A DNA stretch of 17,539 bases from NCBI GenBank assembly GCA_051294375.1, contig CM119264.1, forward strand, positions 895,362-912,900. The letters are read 5' to 3'. The DNA comes from Paraspadella gotoi. Taxonomy: Eukaryota > Animalia > Chaetognatha. A program made the translations under genes and the position numbers. Positions 10,901 to 17,539 of this stretch are shown here, piece after piece (the stretch's first letter is position 1; every line of letters begins with the position of its first letter). The notes below the pieces were generated by a model, which was given only the letters and a program-made list of their open reading frames with translations, made no database searches and was not told the origin of the DNA.

Positions 10901-11133
10901 GCTACCCACCTCTTCCGCCTGTCGCCTCTCACTACCAGCATATAACATATCTCCTGCTTTCTCTCTTCGACATCGGAGTCACCCTCAATGAGACTTCGAT
11001 CGCCTTATACTCTGTCCCTTTCACACCTTGAACCTACCCTCTGATACTTAAATAAGCTCAACTTCTGCCACGGGTACCACTGTTCTGTTTTTGCAAAAAG
11101 AAGCGACCTGAGCCGAGTGAACAGCCCGACTAG
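4995..11133 (+). CDS. IFT122: Intraflagellar transport protein 122 (IFT-A core subunit; N-terminal WD40, TPR-like solenoid, C-terminal zinc ribbons), about 22 exons, heavily indel-disrupted in this assembly
   Basis: Collinear match to IFT122 end to end after frameshift correction: [18 protein letters not shown] (4995), [17 protein letters not shown] (~5220-5297), LEGILKYTHNDAI..YNP..SDFGLWSPEQKSVAKHK (~5420-5580), EKVKIERP (~5775-5800), [15 protein letters not shown] (~6420-6463), [11 protein letters not shown] (~7090-7120), EPNANSVAWNTQ..DML (~7426-7480), [13 protein letters not shown] (~7765-7890), YAQWLAENDRF (~9385-9420), YWLLSMQCLDIA (~9635-9675), PMCxRC..NPLL (~10258-10300), PLVEFVL (~10393-10412), [14 protein letters not shown] (TAG 11131-11133). 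Approximate exons: 4995-5077, 5137-5297, 5390-5580, 5654-5810, 5966-6175, 6234-6463, 6530-6669, 6737-6881, 6988-7310, 7426-7672, 7760-7958, 8381-8482, 8547-8734, 8817-9000, 9079-9204, 9280-9550, 9625-9770, 9859-10171, 10246-10427, 10491-10720, 10800-10980, 11050-11133 (the last three are least certain). Confidence 0.96.
8031..8301 (+). ncRNA. Candidate intronic structured RNA (long C/D snoRNA- or scaRNA-like) in the long IFT122 intron
   Basis: The intron (GTCAGT 7959 to TTTTAG 8380) is 422 nt with a GC-rich core, versus ~55-155 nt for the other introns. C-box-like TGATGA at 8032-8037 and D-like CT(G)GA at 8297-8301. Stems at 8052-8059/8082-8089 and 8196-8203/8230-8237, with a closing helix 8042-8048/8241-8247. 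Confidence 0.45.
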
Positions 11134-11639
11134 TCTTTAGCCACTGCGGATTTTGATCCGGTATTCACATCCAGTCCGCAAGTGTTCCGGCAAGTTCTAC
11201 TCCAATCAATAACACCTATGATAAATCGATTTTTCGCCCTTCTTCTCTTATCATTCTCCGATCAAATGTGCACCTTTTCTACTCTGTTATACCTATCGAA
11301 CACACTAACACTTTGTCCTTCTCTATCTCACACCTTCATTCTATTTTTCGTTTTAAATAAGGTTCATCATCGCTATTTTTTTTTTTTTTTTTTTTTATTA
11401 CATACAACCACACTCCGTTCCTTTTTTAATCCTAAAAAATGTTATATTACGCATATGCCCTTAAGACCCGATTAAATTTTGAAACGTTTAAAAGAATTTT
11501 AAGTTTAAAGTTTTGTACCGTGACTAAAATTCTCAGCATTCTTTTACCTCTATTTCATTGCCTTTTAAATATACAAGAATAAATGCATAAACCTTATTTA
11601 TTTTTATTCTACCAGATTACGGATTTTAAACGAATTTCT

Positions 11640-12020
11640 GAAAAAGAGAACTTGTTTGCCTCGACTGATCCCCAAACTCCACAATTTTTTTCTCCCCAAT
11701 ATGTCGTTTTTGCCCGACATTTTCACAGACTCTTCATTTATTTGATATCGTTAATCTTGCATCATTGACGGTCCAGAACGCTCTCTCAAAAACTCCAGCC
11801 CTGTACCGTTGCTCCCGCCGTATCTTTCGTCCGCCAGAGATCGATGCTGGTAGGTTTTTGGTTGGTGTTGATTGTTGACTCACCGCGCCCGACGTTATTC
11901 AGTATTCTGCGACTTCCATTAATAAGTTTGTCATTCGACATGTCCTTTTATTCTCCAGTGGTCGCGTATTTCAATATATTTATACACTGCGGCGCAAAAA
12001 CAAAAGCACACTTGTAGCTT
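11640..12020 (-). CDS. Possible last coding exon of the minus-strand mosaic gene: GPCR TM7/helix-8-like segment plus cytoplasmic tail
   Basis: Frameshift-corrected reading LQ(G)VLLFL.QCI.NIEIRDHWR (~11953-12017) resembles the secretin/adhesion GPCR TM7 motif (LQG.FIF..HC..N.EVR..W). A hydrophilic stretch follows (NNVGRGESTINTNQKPTSIDLW...). Confidence 0.3.
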
Positions 12021-12299
12021 AAATACACCACTACTTTATTTTTAATTTTAAGAAACCTATATCATGTAAAAGTCCATAGATATAAAGTTTATGGTAAGAA
12101 AAATGATCGGTTCAATCAGTAGAATATAGCAAGTCTTTAAAGCGGAGTCTCAAACAGAATTGGGGAAAACAGTGATTCCAAAGTTTAGTATTGATGACAT
12201 TTACCAATATAGAATTGCTTTTATGCTTTTTACTTTATTATTAAAAGATTGTTTTTCTAAATAGTTTCCCTACTTATTTTAATTTGATTAGGCGTGAAA

Positions 12300-12960
12300 A
12301 TGTAAAGTTAAGGACTCTTTCTTGATAAAATGAATCTTCTCGTCAGATGTTGTACCAATTGACTGACGTCCTATAACTTTCGAACGCCTTCGAAAGCTTT
12401 GATCCGATGTTCTGGGACCTTGGACCAATCGCTTTATCTTAAATAAACTTCTGTTATGTTATCTATATCTCAGTGAAATTCATCCATCCCCAATATAGTT
12501 GCTTTCAGTGGTGGGAAAGAAGCATCTTCTTTTTTTTTGCGCTCAGTGTAGTATTTCTTCTTCTCTGCGAATTTTATTGACTTGTTAGACGTAATCGTAA
12601 ATAAATATAAATTCGACGCGCGTATCTGCGAGCATGCGACGATTGTCATCATGACACCCAATACCTTCAGCGACGGCAAGCAACCCGTCGGTTGTACGGA
12701 CAATGTGGCCCTCGTGTCCTGCTACCCGGCGCCTAGCATCTCGTGTTGCCGAGACACACTCTTCTTCCGGCGACTGCGGGTCGACGTTTTCACCCAGAAT
12801 CTCCGATCTGAATCGGACGTCGCTGGCGACGTCAGCCTCCCTCTCAATTTTACGGACGCCTTCGAGAGGAAAATTCCGTTGTGTCAACCGAGGACATCGG
12901 CTCGAAACCGCGCTCTCTTCTCTCCGTATTTCTCGGTGAGTGATCGAGACTCGAAAATTT
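12300..12960 (-). CDS. Leucine-rich-repeat-like coding region, frameshifted
   Basis: Fragments LEGVRKI (~12846-12866), EExCLGNTR (~12740-12768), LPSLKVLGV.DN (~12640-12680), LKQLY.G..NFTEI (~12465-12508), NITEVYL (~12440-12460) and KVPE..AFEGVRKL (~12374-12421) fit LxxLxLxxN / P..AF.GL..L LRR patterns. Confidence 0.4.
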
Positions 12961-13129
12961 AAGCGCGAGACAAATAAGGTTTCTGCTTATTAGATCAAAC
13001 GAACCTTTTATTTTTTGCACTTGGTAAGAAAACAATACTTCTCAGATTTTTTTGAATAGCGAGCTGAGCAGGGCGACTCTTTGCTCCTTTTTGCGAGTAA
13101 ATTTTTCTTCTCTCCGAGACATTTGTCGG

Positions 13130-13445
13130 CCTTCCACCAGGCGCTGCTTTTTTCAAAAAAAAAATTCGCATCACTATTAGTTATAAAAGTATAAACCAAA
13201 TTATCCGAAAAACGTGTGCCTTTTGTTTTCTCTGTCTTGCTATACCAAATGAAAGGACCGCTGTTGCGACTCAAATCATCCCCCACCGCTATCCAAACTA
13301 TTTTATATACATTAGGCTTCATATTAGAAAATGTGTAACTCTCGCTCTTTCCTCTTTCGAACCGAGAATCGGTTCTGACAATCATTAACAATCATGATAC
13401 TCATTTTGCGTACAGTATTCCCAATGGCCGTACAAATGGACTATC
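13130..13445 (-). CDS. PLAT/LH2 domain-coding region
   Basis: VHLYGH (~13422-13442), then in ORF 13008-13391 DSRFERGKSESYTFSNMKPNVYKIVWIAVGDDLSRNSGPFIWY...VYTFITN..AWW. This matches the PLAT consensus V.I.LYG..G...FERG..D.F......I..I.IGHD.....W.....Y.F..N.WL. Confidence 0.65.
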
Positions 13446-14189
13446 GAGGCTATTTTCAATATTTTAACCCCTGAGCTATGATCAGGCAGAGGGCACCACC
13501 ATTTGGGACAAAAACGACAATGTTTTTTTCAGAAAATGGTATCATTTCATTGTCTAACTTGTAGAAAAACCATTTTACAAATTTTAAAAAATTGTACATT
13601 ATTTTTCTCTTTTTGGAACATTGTACTAGCTCCATACTAGATCTCAGTTTTGCTCCCCTACGGAAGTTGCAATGAACTCCTAATGTCATGATCCTGGAAA
13701 TAGAGCAAAAAATTGGTTTTTAACAATAATAGACTTACTTTCTGGACAAATCACGTTTCTGCAACTATTTAGGATAAAACAAGTTTGAGCAAACAATGTC
13801 GGATCTGCTACGATAAAATTAAGCGACAATCAGCAAATCAGCTGATAAATCCACGAAGTCAATTCTATTTTCATCTACACATACCTAATCATAACAGATC
13901 GTACCGTGACTCAATATATTCTTTAACCGTTGCATCATATTGTTTCAATGACATCATTTTTTCACGTTAATTTATTTAATTAAACCAATTTATGACCGAG
14001 CATGAATAATAAAATTCAAGTCAAATTTACTATGGTTTTCCATGCAACTCGATTTCCACTTCTCCACTTTTACCACACAAAATATTTATATCTCGAATCA
14101 TCCAATTGTTTAGATTAATTAGATTAATTATAAGTTAAAATTAGTAAAAAAGATTCAAGTAAATCCTGCGATTATGTTTTTATTCCATT

Positions 14190-14275
14190 TAAACCTCTTT
14201 TCCACTCCAGCGCATTACCAGTCGAAAACATTGTGATTGCACGCGGCTTCGTCGGCCGATCCTCTGTCCTACGAG
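14190..14275 (-). CDS. Probable second exon of the SRCR domain, degraded
   Basis: Follows a TCGTAG acceptor. GSADEAACNH...CAGVEKR resembles the SRCR GSA.EA...FG...C.G.E..L segment, with sequence apparently missing. Confidence 0.4.
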
Positions 14276-14302
14276 ACCGGCAGCCCTACGCGACAGCTGG
14301 CA

Positions 14303-14326
14303 GGGAGAGGGAGAGAGAGAGAGAGA
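14303..14326. repeat. (GA)n microsatellite within the SRCR intron
   Basis: GGGAGAGGGAGAGAGAGAGAGAGA seen directly. Confidence 0.8.
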
Positions 14327-14340
14327 ATGACGTTACTCAC

Positions 14341-14453
14341 CTGCAAGCAACGGCAGCATCAGTCTCACCCCACAAATCATCACAGACGCTCAACCATGAG
14401 CCATCAATGTTGATCTCAACATTGCCTTCGTTGGGTTCGGCGCCGCCTGACAA
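14341..14453 (-). CDS. Scavenger receptor cysteine-rich (SRCR) domain, N-terminal exon
   Basis: Uninterrupted frame LSGGAEPNEGNVEINIDGSWLSVCDDLWGETDAAVACR, the canonical SRCR start (LVGG..PNEGRVEV...G.WGTVCDD.W...DA.VVCR). Bounded by a possible CAG acceptor (14456-14454) and a GTGAGT donor (14340-14335). Confidence 0.9.
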
Positions 14454-15005
14454 CTGAAGGTTCATTCGAAATGAGATGGAGTTCTTTAATCTCATTTACA
14501 TATTGTAGTAGTTTAGATTAAAATTAACAACTTTCGATTCCGTTCTTCTTAGAAGTTTTACTTAACTATTTTAGCCATAGTTTTTATGAAAATAAATAAA
14601 GATTTACTTTTTAGAATAATGTTAAGATATTCTATTAAGATGAGATAATGATGCCCTTCGTTTGAGTAAGTGACAATCGGGACGAACGAATGCAAAGTCA
14701 AAGGATGAATGAATGAGAGATCGTGATAAACTCTAAACCGGCGCAGAGCAAATTCAACCAACGTTGCTTTCTTTTTAGTAGCGCAGCGTATTGTAAGAGC
14801 ATGAAAAAAATCAAACCTATATTAGAACGGGAAAACTGCATTGGTTATTTTGGTGTATTATAAAATAAAATATGATGGTAAATACTATTCTAGGTTTTTT
14901 TGTGCATAAATGTTCATAAGTAAAATGTTGTTCATTCCTCACTTTTAGAATTTTAATTAAAGTTAAATTTATAATTTTTACTACGCTTGACTATATATGT
15001 ATATA

Positions 15006-15265
15006 TTCTTCTTTTATCTCTCTACCTCTTCTCTTCTCTTCTCTTCTCTTCTCTTCTTTTCTCTTCTCTTTGTTTATCTTTCCTTCTCTTCTCTTCTCTT
15101 TGTTTATCTTTCCTTCTCTTCTCTTTTCTTCTCTTTTACTCTCTTTTCTTCTCTTCTCTTCTCTTCTCTTCTCTTCTCTTCTTTTCTCTTTGTTTATTTT
15201 TCCTTCTCTTCTCTTCTCTTCTCTTCTTTTTTCTCCTCTTCTCTTCTCTTTTTTTCTCTTCTTTA
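15006..15265. repeat. (CTCTT)n pentanucleotide microsatellite with a ~30-bp higher-order unit containing TTTGTTTAT
   Basis: Seen directly; source of the SLLFS ORFs. Confidence 0.95.
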
Positions 15266-15350
15266 CTAGTAAATTAAGGATTAATTTCTCGTCACCTCAA
15301 GTGAATTTCGAGGTTTGACTCCGTACGGATCACACGTGGTTTCCCACGGA

Positions 15351-15402
15351 GTCCCCAAAATGTCCCCAAAATGTCCCCAAAATGTCCACAAAATGTCCCC
15401 AA
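15351..15402. repeat. 11-bp tandem repeat (GTCCCCAAAAT), about 4.7 copies
   Basis: Copies start at 15351, 15362, 15373, 15384 (one mismatch) and 15395 (partial). Confidence 0.95.
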
Positions 15403-15504
15403 GGGGCACTTTTAGTTTTTTTTTGTTTTTTTCCACGTTGATCCCTAGGTTCAAACTTGTTTACTTGTCTATCTCTTAAGTTCAAACTGCTACTCTCATT
15501 GCAC

Positions 15505-15845
15505 TCAGGTCTCGTCTCTCTATCTCCTCATCTCTCGTCCCTCTCCTACTCTCTCCTCGTGCTCCCTCCTCTCTCTCTCTCTCTCTCTTTTCTTTCCTGC
15601 TCTACTTTCCTCATTCAACTCTCACCACTCGGATCTGCATCTCTCTCCTCCTATGACCGGTCACATACTCCAAAAAAAAACAAGCGCAACGAGCGACAAA
15701 GAATGTTTTCCTTCCTTCCTCTTTGACATCGCGAATCTCGGTCTCTCTCTCTCGTCTCTCTCTCTCTCCTCGGTCTTCCTCATATCTCGTCTCTCTCTCT
15801 CTCTCTACTTTATGCTATCTATCTCTCTCTCTCTCTCTTTTCCTC
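15505..15845. repeat. CT-rich low-complexity region with (CT)n microsatellites
   Basis: Several (CT)5-10 runs seen directly. Confidence 0.85.
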
Positions 15846-16061
15846 AAATTCCCAAATGTTGTTGTCATTCTCCACCTTACCTTATTCCCAAGCCTCGGTT
15901 TCCTTACCCGTATTCCGCGATAGGCGTCGACGGGTAAGTCGCAAATCAAGCCCAGACATTCTCCCTCGTTGCAATTGTGTTTTCCTGATATGAGAGATAA
16001 GAAGGAAGGCTCTTTTTTCCGAGAGTGCCCTATTTCTATTCATTTATCCCAAAATTTTATT

Positions 16062-16283
16062 TTAACCTTGATTATTAGTTTAAACATGTTCTTGAACCTA
16101 TAACCAAATATCTATCCTTCATCTTTAATCTTAATTCCCTAAACCTAACCTAATCTTTAATTATAATCCTAAACCTTTATTGCTAAATTTCAACCTTAAC
16201 ATTTAACCCAAATCTTAAACTCCAATCACTAACCAAATCCCTAACCTAAATCCTTAACCTAATTTTTAACATAATCCCTAACA
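16062..16283. repeat. Degenerate telomere-like hexamer array ((CCTAAC/CCTAAA/CTTAAT)n)
   Basis: TAA recurs with ~6-nt periodicity, e.g. CCCTAAACCTAACCTAATC and CCCTAACCTAAATCCTTAACCTAA. Confidence 0.7.
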
Positions 16284-16604
16284 CAAACTGTTAAAAAAAA
16301 ATATCCTAATTCCGAATTTAACATGAAAAGTGAACAGGAAATCTTGAGTAAGTTAACCCAATCACAAAAAACCACAACACCCACTAACTGTAAGAGATAA
16401 ATTCTGAGAATATTACTCAATCTCATTTGCACGTATGAGTAAATTATTTCAAGCCCCATTGATTTATGTTTGATTTTATTATTAGACTTATTTTTGCATT
16501 ATTTTCATTTTCTGATATTCTGATAGAATGACATTTGACGATTGAGAATTTATCTCAAATCTGACTGACCTTTTTCATAACTCCTACTTTCCTATACTCC
16601 CTGC

Positions 16605-16704
16605 TGCTATACTACTCACCCAACTTCTCATACTATACCACTATACTTTACAATATACTATATTATATACTATACTATATGCTATACTACTCACCCAACT
16701 TCTC
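16605..16704. repeat. (TATAC)n tract flanked by a perfect 25-bp direct repeat
   Basis: TGCTATACTACTCACCCAACTTCTC at 16605-16629 and 16680-16704. Confidence 0.9.
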
Positions 16705-16969
16705 GTGTCCACAATCGAAGACACTTCTCTCGTTTCCTTTACAATTGACTTCGTCCAACCAAAATCTCGCTCCTCGATTGAGACCAAAATTGTCGCCAGC
16801 TTTTCTTAGAAATCGAACACCGAGGAAACCCAGATGACGACAGATCACCTGTCGGGGAGATTAATGTATTATGAGAGGGAGGGCGAAGAATTTGAAGAGA
16901 AAAAGGGGTCATGAACGCCCAACTCTTATTTTTGACTGTATTTTACCTGTCCTCAAACGTTTTCTGTTT

Positions 16970-17182
16970 ATTTTGTCGATCTTTCGTCGGTCTATTGTCG
17001 GTCTTTTGTCAGTCTCTTGTCGGTCTTTTGCCGGTTTTTTTGTAGATCTTTCGTCGGTCTATTGTCGGTCTTTTGCCGGTCTTTTGTCGATATTTCGTCA
17101 GTCTCTTGTTGGTCTTTAGTAGGTCTTTTGTCGATTTTTTGTCGATCTTTTTTATGTCTTTTGTCAGTCTATTGTCGGTCTC
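16970..17182. repeat. Degenerate 11-bp minisatellite (consensus CTTTTGTCGGT), about 19 copies
   Basis: TTGTCG/TTGCCG/TCGTCG core recurs every 11 nt. Confidence 0.9.
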
Positions 17183-17374
17183 CAAGTAGCATCGCCCGTC
17201 CTCCACTAGAGTTTTACGGGTTTCTTTATGGACATTAATGTCGTCGGGCATTGCCTAGGTTCACCCCGCCTAGAAGCATGACACTTTCAGGTGTGACCCG
17301 ACTAAATTAATACCAAAAATCTAATTTATTAACCTTCATCTCTACTCGTTATCCATCAATTTCCTCGTAATTCA

Positions 17375-17539
17375 GTAAGTATTCGTAAAAAGTCTACCAA
17401 CGAAGGAAGTAGGCGTTGCTACGTTAAAACCGCAAGGGACTAACGACGCCGAGAACTGTGGATAAGGCGCTAAGTGGGGCTGAAGAGTGCTATCCTCAAC
17501 CTCTTGCAGCCATGGAACGGGTCCTGGGCTTGGAACCAG
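17375..17539 (+). CDS. Possible coding exon fragment of an unidentified gene running off the window end
   Basis: High-complexity sequence with open frame GLTTPRTVDKALSGAEECYPQPLAAMERVLGLEP. No family recognised. Confidence 0.2.

Noticed and set aside
12610-12810. RFW...TGC...ACS as an adhesion-GPCR GPS motif
   Set aside because: Lacks the conserved Cys/Trp spacing and HLT, contains a stop, and is not followed by a TM helix.
12582-12962. 126-aa plus-strand ORF
   Set aside because: No recognisable motif and a non-ATG start. Minus-strand LRR-like fragments and flanking minus-strand exons explain the region better.
14987-15937. Hydrophobic S/L/F-rich ORFs resembling membrane proteins
   Set aside because: Translations of (CTCTT)n and (CT)n microsatellites.
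16871-17251. Repetitive ORFs on both strands
   Set aside because: Products of the 11-bp minisatellite.

Overview
Eukaryotic, probably invertebrate-animal, draft scaffold with high gene density, short GT-AG introns, two N gaps and many simple repeats. The main feature is a complete, multi-exon IFT122 gene (+, 4995-11133; intraflagellar transport complex A). The ORF track misses it because the exons are full of 1-bp indels. That pattern, plus a gap of exactly 25 Ns, points to unpolished long-read gap-fill sequence more than to true pseudogenisation. Reading across frameshifts also suggests three more genes: a divergent CMTR1-like gene (RrmJ methyltransferase plus guanylyltransferase-like region; -, ~2140-3741), a head-to-head secreted precursor-like gene (+, 3944-4795), and a minus-strand mosaic receptor-like gene (~11640-14453) with a clear SRCR exon, a PLAT domain, LRR-like segments and a GPCR-TM7-like end. 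One unusually long IFT122 intron (7959-8380) holds a candidate ~270-nt structured C/D-type RNA. No prokaryotic-type system, CRISPR array, tRNA or rRNA was seen. All protein calls come from manual translation and recalled motifs, with no database search.
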